A stretch of 64,000 bases of DNA, from NCBI GenBank assembly GCA_963739355.1, contig CAVUAD010000001.1, positions 303,776 to 367,775 on the forward strand. Reading direction: 5' to 3'. Of the stretch, positions 8,808-19,337 are shown piece by piece. Position 1 is the stretch's first letter, and every line of letters starts with the position of its first letter. A model generated the notes under the pieces. That model made no database searches and had not been told where the DNA came from. It saw only the letters and a program-made list of their open reading frames with translations. Made by a program: the position numbers and the translations under genes. This DNA is from an uncultured Actinomycetes bacterium (GTDB lineage: Bacteria > Actinomycetota > Thermoleophilia > Solirubrobacterales > 70-9).

Positions 8808-9511
8808 GCGCCCAGGTCGAGACTCTGAGGACGCCGTGCCCGGTGGGTGTGTGCGACGGCAGCGGCTGGGTGCTCGAGAACGACGTGGCGAGCCCGTGCG
8901 CGTGCCGGGCCCGCCGCGTCGAGCAGGCGCGCCTGCGCGGCGTCAACAAGACGCTCCCCGCCAAGTACCGCAGCGTCGGCTTCGACAGCCCGCCGGTCTC
9001 CGACATGGCGCGCGACCCCAAGACGCGCGCCGTGGTCAGCGCGGTCCGCGACTACACGGACCACCTGGAGGCCAACCTCGACGAGGGGCGCGGCCTGTGG
9101 CTCTCCGGCGACGTCGGCACCGGCAAGACCACGCTGGCCATGCTGGTCTCGAAGCTCGCCGTCGCCGCGGGGAAGACCGTCGCGATCTACTCGCTGCCCC
9201 GGCTGCTCGCCCGTATCCGGCGCACATACGACGCCGCGGACGAGTCCTACAGCGGGTTCTTCGAGCGGCTGACCTCGGTCGACCTCCTCCACATCGACGA
9301 CCTCGGCGCGGAGAAGCAGAGCGAGTGGGTGCTGGAGCAGCTCTACTCGATCGTCGACGAGCGCTACGTCACCGAGCGCTCGATGGTCGTCACCACGAAC
9401 CTGCCGTTCGAGCTGCTGACCGAGCAGGTGGGGGAGCGGACGGTCTCGCGGATCGCCGAGATGTGCGAGCAGCTACCGCTGTTCGGTGACGACCGCAGGT
9501 ATGCGGCATGA
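8804..9511 (+). CDS. DnaC/IstB-like AAA+ ATPase with an N-terminal Cys4 motif (putative helicase loader)
   Basis: The GTG overlaps the dnaB TGA (GTGA). Motifs: CPVGVC...CAC, Walker A GDVGTGKTTLA, Walker B LLHIDDLGAE, sensor VVTTNL. Confidence 0.75.
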   Translation: MSAQVETLRTPCPVGVCDGSGWVLENDVASPCACRARRVEQARLRGVNKTLPAKYRSVGFDSPPVSDMARDPKTRAVVSAVRDYTDHLEANLDEGRGLWLSGDVGTGKTTLAMLVSKLAVAAGKTVAIYSLPRLLARIRRTYDAADESYSGFFERLTSVDLLHIDDLGAEKQSEWVLEQLYSIVDERYVTERSMVVTTNLPFELLTEQVGERTVSRIAEMCEQLPLFGDDRRYAA

Positions 9512-9525
9512 GGAGCTTTAGCTCC
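9512..9525 (+). terminator. Short perfect hairpin GGAGC-TTTA-GCTCC immediately after the stop codon
   Basis: Read from the sequence. It is followed by a relatively AT-rich spacer containing CATAAT (about 9577-9582), a plausible -10 for purA. Confidence 0.3.
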
Positions 9526-9540
9526 GAAAGCAGCATGTAA

Positions 9541-10902
<1,362 letters not shown>

Positions 10903-10951
10903 ACCGGCGCAGCGCGCCCTTTCGCCCGGGCGGCACATACACTCCGCCGCC

Positions 10952-12730
10952 GTGTTTCAGAAGGTCCTGGTCGCCAACCGCGGGGAGATCGCGATCCGCG
11001 TCGCTCGCACCCTTCGGGAGATGGGCATCGGCTCGGTCGCCGTCTACTCGGAGGCCGATCGCCACACGCCGGCGGTGCGGTTCGCCGACGAGGCGTTCCT
11101 GATCGGGCCCGCGAGCCCGGCCGAGAGCTACCTCAACATCGAGAAGATCATCGAGGTCGCCAAGGAGGCGGGGGCCGAGGCGATCCACCCCGGCTACGGG
11201 TTCCTGGCGGAGAACGCGGCCTTCGCGACGGCGTGCGGCGACGCGGACATCGTCTGGATCGGGCCGCCGGCGAGCGCGATCGAGGCGATGGGCTCCAAGA
11301 CCCGCGCCCGCGAGCTCATGCAGGAGGCGGGCGTGCCGATCGTTCCCGGGGCCACGGAGCCCTCGCCGGACGTCGCCGCGGCGAAGAAGACCGCGAAGGA
11401 GATCGGCTACCCGGTCGCCTGCAAGGCGGCCGGCGGCGGGGGCGGCAAGGGCTTCCGCGTCGCCGAGTCCGAGGACAAGCTCGAGGAGGCCTTCGAGGGC
11501 GCCGCGCGGGAGGGCGAGAAGTTCTTCTCCGACGACCGGGTCTATCTCGAGCGCTACCTCGAGGACCCGCGCCACGTCGAGGTCCAGGTAATCGCCGACT
11601 CCCACGGGAACGTCGTGCATCTGGGCGAGCGCGACTGCTCCATCCAGCGGCGTCACCAGAAGCTGATCGAGGAGGCTCCGGGCCCGCACGTCGACGAGGC
11701 GATGCGCGAGCGGATCGGCCGCATCGCCAAGGAGGCGGCCCGTGCGGTCGACTACCGCGGCGCCGGGACCGTCGAGGGCATGCAGGTGGGCGACGAGTAC
11801 TTCTTCCTGGAGATGAACACGCGAGTCCAGGTGGAGCACTGCGTGACCGAGATGGTCACCGGCGTCGACATCGTCCGCGAGCAGATCCTCGTGGCCGCCG
11901 GGGAGGAGCTCTCCGTCTACCAGGAGGCCGTCCAGGTGCGCGGCCACGCGATCGAGTGCCGCATCAACGCCGAGGCGGCGCACAAGAACTTCGCCCCCGC
12001 GCCGGGCAAGATCGAGAGCTACGTCGAGCCCGCCGGCCCGGGCGTCCGCGTCGATTCCGGCCTGGAGGCGGGGTCCGAGGTCACGCCGCTGTACGACCCG
12101 ATGGTGGCCAAGCTCATCGTCTGGGACGTCGACCGCGAGAAGGCCACCGCCCGGATGCTGCGCGCGCTGTCCGAGTACCGGATCGAGCCGCTCACGACCT
12201 TGATCCCCTTCCACACGGCGCTGCTCTCCACCGAGCAGTGGGCCAAGGGCGAGACCTGCCGCGACCTCACCGAGGACAAGAAATGGTTGAAGCAAACCGA
12301 GCCCGACGCCTCCTCCGCTTCGCGTCCGGGGGCGTCGGGGTCCGTGGAGGACGAGGAATCGGTTGAAGAGCGGACCTACAAAGTTGAGGTGGACGGGCGC
12401 CTGCACAGCGTGAAGGTCATCGGCGCCGCCGCGCCGGCCGCCGCCGGGGGCGCCGCCGCCGGCGCCAGGCGGCCCCCGAAGCGCGAGCGCAAGGCCGGCG
12501 GAGGCAGCTCGGCCGCCGGTGAGGCGCTGATGTCGCCGCTTCAGGGCACCGTGCTGAAGGTCGCGGTGGAGGAGGGCGCCGAGGTGGAGGAGGGCGCGCT
12601 CGTCTGCGTCATCGAGGCGATGAAGATGGAAAACGAGATCACCGCCCACCGCGCCGGAAAGGTGACCGCGCTTCCCGTCAAGGAGGGCTCGGCCGTTGCC
12701 GCCGGAGACCTCCTCGCCAAGATCACATAA
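10952..12730 (+). CDS. accA: Acetyl/propionyl-CoA carboxylase alpha subunit (biotin carboxylase + BCCP fusion)
   Basis: The biotin carboxylase N-terminus is KVLVANRGEIAIR, followed by an ATP-grasp domain. The C-terminal biotinyl domain carries EAMKMENEI. GTG start. Confidence 0.9.
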   Translation: MFQKVLVANRGEIAIRVARTLREMGIGSVAVYSEADRHTPAVRFADEAFLIGPASPAESYLNIEKIIEVAKEAGAEAIHPGYGFLAENAAFATACGDADIVWIGPPASAIEAMGSKTRARELMQEAGVPIVPGATEPSPDVAAAKKTAKEIGYPVACKAAGGGGGKGFRVAESEDKLEEAFEGAAREGEKFFSDDRVYLERYLEDPRHVEVQVIADSHGNVVHLGERDCSIQRRHQKLIEEAPGPHVDEAMRERIGRIAKEAARAVDYRGAGTVEGMQVGDEYFFLEMNTRVQVEHCVTEMVTGVDIVREQILVAAGEELSVYQEAVQVRGHAIECRINAEAAHKNFAPAPGKIESYVEPAGPGVRVDSGLEAGSEVTPLYDPMVAKLIVWDVDREKATARMLRALSEYRIEPLTTLIPFHTALLSTEQWAKGETCRDLTEDKKWLKQTEPDASSASRPGASGSVEDEESVEERTYKVEVDGRLHSVKVIGAAAPAAAGGAAAGARRPPKRERKAGGGSSAAGEALMSPLQGTVLKVAVEEGAEVEEGALVCVIEAMKMENEITAHRAGKVTALPVKEGSAVAAGDLLAKIT

Positions 12731-12738
12731 CCGGCGAC

Positions 12739-13569
12739 GTGCTGAGCTCCGCTTCCGCCGCCGCCGGGCCCGCAAAGGGCCCGTGGGGCCGACTGCGTAA
12801 GCGCTGGCGCTACGTCGGCGCGTTCTCCGACGAGGTGATGGTCTGCGCCGCCCGCGTCTGGATAGGCCCGCTGGGTCAGACCTTCTGGGCCGTGCTCGAC
12901 CGCCCCACCGGGGAGCTGATCGAGCGGACCACGATGCGCCGGCCCGGGTCGGCGGGTGAGGTGCAGACCGCCGAGCCCGGGAAGGATGGGCCGACCACAG
13001 TCGTCATCCAGGGCCGTGGGCTCAGCGGGGAGCTGCACGTGGCCGACGCGCCGGGGTGGGAGGTCACCGCTCCGACATCCGAGGGCGGCGAGGTTTGGAC
13101 GCGGAAGCGCGCGGGGGTGCCGGTCACCGGCGAGCTGCGGGCGAAGGACGGGCGCCGGTGGGAGCTCGACTGCCGCGGCGTCGTCGACGAGACCGACGGC
13201 CATCACGCGCGCCACACGGTCTGGAGTTGGGCGGCCGGGGTGGGCGAGGCGTCCGACGGCAGGGCGGTCGCGTGGAACCTCGTGGAGGGGGTCAACGACC
13301 CGCAGACCGGATCGGAGCGAGCGGTCTGGGTGGGCACGACGCCGCGCGAGGTGGGCCCGGTCGAGTTCGACGGGCTCGAGGGCATCGAGGGCGGAGGCGG
13401 GCTCAGCCTGCGCTTTCGCCCCGAGGCCGAGCGGGCACGCGCCGAGAACAAGCTCTACCTCCGCTACTCCTACCGCCAGCCCTTCGGGACCTTCACCGGG
13501 ACCCTTCCGGGCGACCTCGAGCTCAGCTCGGGCCTCGGCGTCATGGAGCACCACGACGCCTGGTGGTGA
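12739..13569 (+). CDS. Conserved hypothetical protein (possibly DUF2804-like)
   Basis: 276-codon ORF with strong G/C third positions. The family assignment is only from memory of similar N-termini. Confidence 0.5.
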   Translation: MLSSASAAAGPAKGPWGRLRKRWRYVGAFSDEVMVCAARVWIGPLGQTFWAVLDRPTGELIERTTMRRPGSAGEVQTAEPGKDGPTTVVIQGRGLSGELHVADAPGWEVTAPTSEGGEVWTRKRAGVPVTGELRAKDGRRWELDCRGVVDETDGHHARHTVWSWAAGVGEASDGRAVAWNLVEGVNDPQTGSERAVWVGTTPREVGPVEFDGLEGIEGGGGLSLRFRPEAERARAENKLYLRYSYRQPFGTFTGTLPGDLELSSGLGVMEHHDAWW

Positions 13570-13576
13570 TGCGCGC

Positions 13577-14239
13577 TCAGCCAGCCGGCAGGTCCGGGTA
13601 GACGGTGCGCACCCGGCCGCGCCACGGCGGCTGTTCGCGCTCATTGAACTCGTAGGAGTCGCGGCCGGAGAGCGTCTCGAGCGCCACGAGCACCGGCACG
13701 TCCGTGTCGAGCAGCGGCGTCGACGCGTAGCCCTCCACGTCCGCCGAGCTGACGCGCCGGGTCACCCGCGTCCAGCCGAGCCCCGGGCGGTACAGCCAGT
13801 ACGTGACGACGACATCGCCGCCGGCCCGGCGATGGTCGTCGACCGACGTGAACGCCGTCATGCGCCGATTCGACGTCGTGAGCCCCGGCTTCGGCCCGGG
13901 GGCGGCGCAGGTCTCGTGGCGGCAGTAGCGGAAATCCACGGGCGCGACCGAGAGCCCGTCGGGGGCCGCCGCGGCAATGGGATCCGGGGCCAGCGCGCGC
14001 ACCGCTCCCGCGAGCGGGCGGCCGTAGGCCAGCGTGAGCGGGTCGCGCCAGCACGGACCTGGCTCCGCGGGAGCGCAGCGGATCCGCCGCGCGAGCAGGG
14101 AGTCGAGGCTTCGCGCGGCGTCGGTGGGCGGCGAGGCGCCGAGCGCGGCGACGATCGTGCCAACCAGGACCGCGACGAGCAGGATCAGGCCGACCTGCTC
14201 GACGCTCGCGGCACCTCGCTGTGATCGCCCTCGGGCCAT
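13577..14239 (-). CDS. Hypothetical membrane-anchored protein with a Flp/TadE-type pseudopilin-like N-terminus
   Basis: The N-terminus QRGAASVEQVGLILLVAVLVGTIV resembles the (E/Q)RG..(S/T)VE + hydrophobic helix motif of TadE/pilin-like proteins. Confidence 0.55.
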   Translation of the reverse strand: MARGRSQRGAASVEQVGLILLVAVLVGTIVAALGASPPTDAARSLDSLLARRIRCAPAEPGPCWRDPLTLAYGRPLAGAVRALAPDPIAAAAPDGLSVAPVDFRYCRHETCAAPGPKPGLTTSNRRMTAFTSVDDHRRAGGDVVVTYWLYRPGLGWTRVTRRVSSADVEGYASTPLLDTDVPVLVALETLSGRDSYEFNEREQPPWRGRVRTVYPDLPAG

Positions 14240-14291
14240 CGCCCGAGGCTAGGAGGCGCCGGCCGACGCTCGGTGCGGAGAGTGTGTTGAG

Positions 14292-14573
14292 TTAGGAGAG
14301 GCCCTCGCGCGCTTCGCGCACGAGGGTGACCGACTCGGGGAAGACGATGCGGATGGCGTCGCGGACCTGCACCGCCTGCTCGTCGCTGGAGCCGGTGAGG
14401 TCGAGCCTGTTGATCGCGGCCACCGTCATGTCGACTGCCAGCTTGATGGCGTTGTCCGCCCAGGCCACCTTCTGTGCGCCCTGCATCTGCTCGGCCATCT
14501 CCGCCAGCCGCTCGCGAAGCTCGTCTGGATCCCCGAACAGGTTGAAGCCTGGATCTTCCATGGCGCCAATCAT
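14292..14573 (-). CDS. Small hypothetical protein (about 93 aa)
   Basis: This is the non-junk C-terminal part of the 356-aa track ORF (MIGAMEDPGFNLFGDPDELRERLAEMAEQMQGAQKVAW...). An alternative ATG is at 14561. Confidence 0.5.
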   Translation of the reverse strand: MIGAMEDPGFNLFGDPDELRERLAEMAEQMQGAQKVAWADNAIKLAVDMTVAAINRLDLTGSSDEQAVQVRDAIRIVFPESVTLVREAREGLS

Positions 14574-14612
14574 AGGGCTGCGCCCGCCCCGGCCCGATAG
14601 CCTGAGCCCGGC

Positions 14613-15419
14613 ATGAGCCTGCCGCAGCCCTCCGCCTCGTCGACCGCGCTGATCACGGGCGCGTCCTCGGGAATCGGCGCAGCTGTCGCCCGCGTGCTGG
14701 CGAGCCGCGGCCACGGCGCCGTGCTCGTCGCCCGGCGCGAGGAGCGCCTGCGGGAGCTGGCGGCCGAGCTCGGCGAGTCGAGCGACGCGCGCTTCGAGGT
14801 GATCGCCACGGACCTCTCGAGCGAGGCGGGCCGCGCCGGTGTGATCGACCGGGTCGGGGAGCTCGGCCTCCAGGTCGACATCCTCATCAACAACGCGGGC
14901 TTCGGCGGCTTTGGTGCGGCCCACGAGTTCGGGGTCGAGCGCCAGACGGAGATGGTTCGCCTCAACTGCGAGGCGCTGGTCCACCTTCAGGCGGCCTATA
15001 CCGAGGGAATGGCGGCGCGCCGGAGCGGAGCCGTGCTCAACGTCGCCTCGACGGCGGCCTTTCAACCGCTGCCGGGCTCGGCGACGTACGCGGCGACCAA
15101 GGCGTTCGTGCTCAGCCTCAGCGAGGCGACGCATGCCGAGCTGAAGCGCCACGGCGTGACGGTCACGGCCCTCTGTCCCGGTCCGGTCCGCACGGAATTC
15201 GGCGAGGTGGCTGGCGCTGGAGGCGTGGAGGACCAGCTGCCGAAGCCGTTCTGGACCTCGACCGAGCAGGTGGCGAAGCAGGCCGTCGACGGCCTGGCAA
15301 GCGGGAAGCGCGTGGTGGTCCCCGGAGCGCTGAACCGCGCCGGGGCAATCGGCGGGCAGCACGCTCCCCGTGCGCTCATCCTCCCCGCGATCGGCCGCGC
15401 CTACAGGCAGGTGTTCTGA
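14613..15419 (+). CDS. SDR-family oxidoreductase
   Basis: TGASSGIG, NNAG and YAATK catalytic motifs. Confidence 0.85.
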   Translation: MSLPQPSASSTALITGASSGIGAAVARVLASRGHGAVLVARREERLRELAAELGESSDARFEVIATDLSSEAGRAGVIDRVGELGLQVDILINNAGFGGFGAAHEFGVERQTEMVRLNCEALVHLQAAYTEGMAARRSGAVLNVASTAAFQPLPGSATYAATKAFVLSLSEATHAELKRHGVTVTALCPGPVRTEFGEVAGAGGVEDQLPKPFWTSTEQVAKQAVDGLASGKRVVVPGALNRAGAIGGQHAPRALILPAIGRAYRQVF

Positions 15420-15476
15420 GCCGGCCCGCCCGGCTCCGATGCGCTTCGGCTACGGTTCTCGCTCCCCCGGACACCG

Positions 15477-15701
15477 ATGCCGAACACACCCCGACAAGAG
15501 CTTCGCAAGGGCCGCTTCGAGGCCCTGATCGGCCTTGCAGCGCCGGTCCTCGATCTCGTTCTCGTGACCGGTGACCGCTTCTCGAGCGTGGTTGCGCCAC
15601 CCGGCGACGACTACATCGCGATCCGCCCACCGGGCGAGAAGCTCGAGCTTGGCTCGATGCGGACCGCGCGGGTCCCCTCGGGCAGCGAGCCGGTCGAGTA
15701 G
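15477..15701 (+). CDS. Small hypothetical protein (74 aa)
   Basis: ORF with mostly G/C third positions, followed 18 nt later by the SD-preceded GTG of the next gene. No recognisable domain. Confidence 0.35.
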   Translation: MPNTPRQELRKGRFEALIGLAAPVLDLVLVTGDRFSSVVAPPGDDYIAIRPPGEKLELGSMRTARVPSGSEPVE

Positions 15702-15719
15702 GCGACGGGGAAGGCCGAC

Positions 15720-16787
15720 GTGGAAGCCGGGTTGTCCCGCGACGCCGTGATCGAGCGCGAGCGGCGGTTTGCGAAGCCGGCCGCGGCCGCGGCGTTCCTC
15801 GCCGCCGCGCTGCTGATCGTCGGCGTCATCGTTCGCCTGAAGATCCCGCAGCAGTCACACGCGAGCGCCCAGCTCGTGGAGTTCGCCACGCACCACTCGG
15901 CGATCATCGCCTCCGGGCTCATCGTGGCGGCGGGGCTGGTGCTGATGGCGCCCCCGCTCGCGTATCTGCTCTACGCGGCCGCGGCGCGGAACCCGCGGGT
16001 GCGGACGAGTCTCGTGGCCTTCTGCATCGTCGGCCCGCTCCTCTTCGGGATTCAGACGGTCGTCGCAAACAACGCTCTGAAGGACGCCGGCGACAACTAC
16101 GTCGCGAACCAGCACGTCGAGACGAAGAAGGACGTCGCGGTGCTGAAGAAGGCGATCGGCTCGAACCCCTCCTCGATCGACCAGGTCACGCTCTACAACC
16201 CGGACAGCGGCCAGAACTCGGCGGAGGTGCAGCTGACGAACGGCGACTTCTACTTCGTCACCTTCCCCGCGAGCCAGGAGGCGGCGCTCCAGGACAGCCT
16301 GGACAAGGCCGACGTCGACAACTCCGAGGACTCCAGCGGCGCGCCCGGCGACGCGTACGCGAACCACCTGGCCGTCGACTCCAGCGGCTACAAGCTCGCC
16401 GGCAACCTGGCGCTCCCCGCCGGCGTGTGCATGATCTTCGCCTTCGTCTATCCCGCGCTTCAGGCGTATCGCGTCGGGCTGATCACGCGCCTCCTCAGCA
16501 CGCTCGGCGCGATCACCGCGGCCACCCTGATCCTGCTCCCGCTTGCCCCCGTGCTGATCGGGCTCTGGCTTGCGTGGATGGGGCTCGTGTACCTGAACCG
16601 GGTGCCGAGGGGCAGAGCCCCCGCGTGGGAAGCCGGCGTCGCGGTCCCCTGGCCGCGACCCGGCCGGCCCGTCGCGCCGGACGCGCCGATCGAGGGCACG
16701 GCTCGCGAGGTCGACCCCGACGCTCCTCCCCCTGCCTCGAACCCCCCGCGCCAGCGTGGCGAGCGCCGCAAGCGCAAGAGCCGCTAA
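15720..16787 (+). CDS. Hypothetical polytopic membrane protein
   Basis: GTG preceded by GGGGAAGG. Several hydrophobic helices flank an extracytoplasmic loop, and the tail is basic. Confidence 0.6.
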   Translation: MEAGLSRDAVIERERRFAKPAAAAAFLAAALLIVGVIVRLKIPQQSHASAQLVEFATHHSAIIASGLIVAAGLVLMAPPLAYLLYAAAARNPRVRTSLVAFCIVGPLLFGIQTVVANNALKDAGDNYVANQHVETKKDVAVLKKAIGSNPSSIDQVTLYNPDSGQNSAEVQLTNGDFYFVTFPASQEAALQDSLDKADVDNSEDSSGAPGDAYANHLAVDSSGYKLAGNLALPAGVCMIFAFVYPALQAYRVGLITRLLSTLGAITAATLILLPLAPVLIGLWLAWMGLVYLNRVPRGRAPAWEAGVAVPWPRPGRPVAPDAPIEGTAREVDPDAPPPASNPPRQRGERRKRKSR

Positions 16788-17184
16788 CGGCCCGGCGATC
16801 CTGTTCGACTCCGACTGCGGCTTCTGCCGCTGGGCGCTCGGCTGGGTCCTGCGCTGGGATCGCGCCCACACACTGGTCCCGGTCGAGATCCAGTCGGCCG
16901 AGGGGCAGGCGCTCCTGTCGGCGGTCGATCCCGCCGAGCGCCTGCGCTCCTGGCACCTGGCACCGCAAGACGCGGACGTGCGCTCCGCGGGCGCGGCGTT
17001 TCCCGGGCTCTTCTCAGTGCTCCCGGGCGCGGGGCCGCTGGGCGCCCTGGCCCGGCGCGCGCCGGGCCTCACCCGGCGCGGCTACGAGTTCGTCGCGGGG
17101 CGGCGCGGATCCTTCGGGCGCCTCGTCACGACCGGCGCCAAGGCGCGGGCGGACAGGCTGATCGCCGCCCGGACGCGGACCTAG
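16756..17184 (+). CDS. DCC-family thiol-disulfide oxidoreductase (DUF393)
   Basis: ILFDSDCGFCRW contains the DxxCxxC motif typical of the DCC1-like family. The GTG start overlaps the preceding gene by 32 nt. Confidence 0.7.
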   Translation: MASAASARAANGPAILFDSDCGFCRWALGWVLRWDRAHTLVPVEIQSAEGQALLSAVDPAERLRSWHLAPQDADVRSAGAAFPGLFSVLPGAGPLGALARRAPGLTRRGYEFVAGRRGSFGRLVTTGAKARADRLIAARTRT

Positions 17185-18440
17185 CCCGCAACCGCCGGAG
17201 CGGACACGAGCTCCTCGCTGAGGCGCTTCGAGAAGTCGTCGAGGTCAGCGGCGGAGAGCCCGTCGGGCGAGGAGCGGAGCTCGGCGGATGCCACCGGCCC
17301 CTTGGGCCCGGCGACGATTGCGATCTTCGACTCGCGATCGGTGCCGTCGCCGCAGAGAGCGAGGGCGCCGCTCGCGCCTCCGGTCAGCTCGCCCTCGAAG
17401 GCGCGGTCGGGCTTGAACCCAAGCCCCGCCTCGGCGTGGGTGGCGCTGAAGGACAGAGGCGGCGTCAGCTTCAGGTGCCGGTCGGCGGCGTAGCCGCGGT
17501 AGAACGCCTCCTCCGCGTACTGCTTGGACTCGTCGCGGAAGCGGCCGCGGATCGCGAAGAGGGCGACGATGAGGAAGATCAGCCCCTCGAACGCGATGAG
17601 GAGGGCCCAGTTCTTTGCCACGATCAGGAGGATCGGGATCGCGACCGCCGGGATGTTGATCACCAACGTGATCAAGAGCGCCACGCCGAGCGCCCGGAGC
17701 CACTCCGTGGGGCGCTTCATCGCGTAGCGGCGAAAGTCGGGCTTCGCGGAGGTCACCGACGTGGGCGAGGCCGCGAGCTCGACATTTGCGAGCGCCGCCT
17801 CCATCGCGGGATCGGCGGCCGCGTCCTTCGCGGCGGCGTCCGCCGCGAAGCCGGACTCGACCTCCTCGAGAGACTCCTTGCGGATCGCGGCCGCCAGGTG
17901 GGCCAGGTCCGCGCACAGTGAGCTCAGCTCGGTCGCGTCGGAGACGTGCCCGTCGCGTTCCATGCAGAACGAACCGGAGGAGAGCTCGAACCCCTCGTCC
18001 TTCGGGCTCCGCGAGAGGTAGTCGACGAGCGATGGCGAGAAGAGCTGGCGCAGCCAGGACTCGCTCGTGCCCTCGAAGGCGACGACGGTGAGGTCGCCGT
18101 CCAGCTTGAACCGCTTGACCTTGCCGATCCCGTAGAGGCCGCTGGACAGGTAGGGGGCGAAGCCGACGCTCTCCGGAACCCGCGTCCAGGCGACGGTGCG
18201 GTGGTGAGTCGTGGTGTGGTCGTCGCTGTCGGTGGTGGTGTAGGTGTAGTAGACGACGCTTCCGGTCTCGCCGCCCGGCAGGCTGCCGGTCGCCGCCCCC
18301 TGGATCGAGCCGCCGCGGTCGAGCATCTGGCTCTCGGCGGGCCGGTCGATCGTTTTCGCGAAGGTCAGGCCGTTCGCCTTGGCGAACCGGTCGAGTGCGA
18401 ACCGGTCGAGTGGACTGTCAGACGCGCCATCCGTGGCCAT
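17181..18440 (-). CDS. Hypothetical membrane protein (two central TM helices between soluble domains)
   Basis: 419-aa ORF with non-junk composition. The TM pair is LGVALLITLVINIPAVAIPILLIV / ALLIAFEGLIFLIVALFAI. Confidence 0.6.
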   Translation of the reverse strand: MATDGASDSPLDRFALDRFAKANGLTFAKTIDRPAESQMLDRGGSIQGAATGSLPGGETGSVVYYTYTTTDSDDHTTTHHRTVAWTRVPESVGFAPYLSSGLYGIGKVKRFKLDGDLTVVAFEGTSESWLRQLFSPSLVDYLSRSPKDEGFELSSGSFCMERDGHVSDATELSSLCADLAHLAAAIRKESLEEVESGFAADAAAKDAAADPAMEAALANVELAASPTSVTSAKPDFRRYAMKRPTEWLRALGVALLITLVINIPAVAIPILLIVAKNWALLIAFEGLIFLIVALFAIRGRFRDESKQYAEEAFYRGYAADRHLKLTPPLSFSATHAEAGLGFKPDRAFEGELTGGASGALALCGDGTDRESKIAIVAGPKGPVASAELRSSPDGLSAADLDDFSKRLSEELVSAPAVAG

Positions 18441-18470
18441 CGCGCGCCATCCTAGTCCAGCGACGGGCCG

Positions 18471-19304
18471 CTAGACGTAAATGCGCACTCGCGGCGAGGG
18501 CCGCAGCGCGAGGCCCAGGCCGCCGGCGAGGAGCACTGCGCCGAGGACGCCGAGGACCCAGGTGCTCGACCCCGTGGTGGGCAGGCTGCCGGCGGTCCCG
18601 GCCGCGTCGGGGGAGTCGACGGCGCTCGACTCCGACGTCGGGCCCGTCGTGGGCGAGGTGTCGGTTGGGCTCGTCCCGCCGCCGGGATCGGCAGGCGTAC
18701 CGCTGGTTCCACCGCCCGTGGGATTGGCGTTGGCGGGAGGCCCGGAGCCGCCCGTCGACGGAGGCGCCGCGTCCACCGTCACGGAGCCCTTCATGAACGG
18801 GTGAAGGGTGCAGACATACGGGAACGAGCCTGCGGTGGTGAACGTGTGCGAGTACGTCTGGCCGTGGCTGAGCGTTCCCGAGTCGAAGCCGTCACCGGTC
18901 ACGGTATGCCCCTCCGGGACGGTGCCGTCGTTGGTCCAGGTGAGGGTGTCTCCGGCCGTGATCGTGATCGAGCTCGGCGAGTAGCCGTAGTCGCTCGAGC
19001 TGGATCCGTCGACGATCGAGATCGACGCGTCGCTCTTCGCCGTGGTGGCCCCGATCACCGGCGTCGGGCTCGTGGCCGCCGTCGTGGTCGGCGCGGGGGC
19101 GGTGGTCGTGGTCGTTGGGACGGTGGTGGTGGTCGGTGGCGGCGCCGTGGTCGTCGTGGTCGCCGGTGTGGTCGTGGTGGTTGCCGGCGCCGTCGCCGTC
19201 GTGGTCGTCGTATCAGCGGCAAACAGCGCCGTCGGCATCAGCAGTGCGATCCCCAATACGACCAGCGCAACGGCCGCCCGCGACGCTGGCCTCCATGCCC
19301 TCAC
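18471..19304 (-). CDS. Cupredoxin (plastocyanin/azurin-like) protein with a Thr/Pro-rich linker and a C-terminal LPXTG sorting signal
   Basis: Has a signal peptide. The copper site is GHTV...YVCTLHPFMKGSV (His...Cys-x2-His-x2-Met). The C-terminus is LPTTG + hydrophobic helix + RPSPRVR. Confidence 0.75.
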   Translation of the reverse strand: MRAWRPASRAAVALVVLGIALLMPTALFAADTTTTTATAPATTTTTPATTTTTAPPPTTTTVPTTTTTAPAPTTTAATSPTPVIGATTAKSDASISIVDGSSSSDYGYSPSSITITAGDTLTWTNDGTVPEGHTVTGDGFDSGTLSHGQTYSHTFTTAGSFPYVCTLHPFMKGSVTVDAAPPSTGGSGPPANANPTGGGTSGTPADPGGGTSPTDTSPTTGPTSESSAVDSPDAAGTAGSLPTTGSSTWVLGVLGAVLLAGGLGLALRPSPRVRIYV

Positions 19305-19337
19305 ACCCCTTGAATACCAGAGCGTGCGGAAAAAAGT

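Noticed and set aside
8804-9511. Reading the IstB-like ATPase as a fragment of an IS21-family mobile element.
   Set aside because: There is no istA transposase, no terminal inverted repeats and no target duplication. The gene overlaps the dnaB stop by GTGA inside a housekeeping operon, which favours a helicase-loader role.
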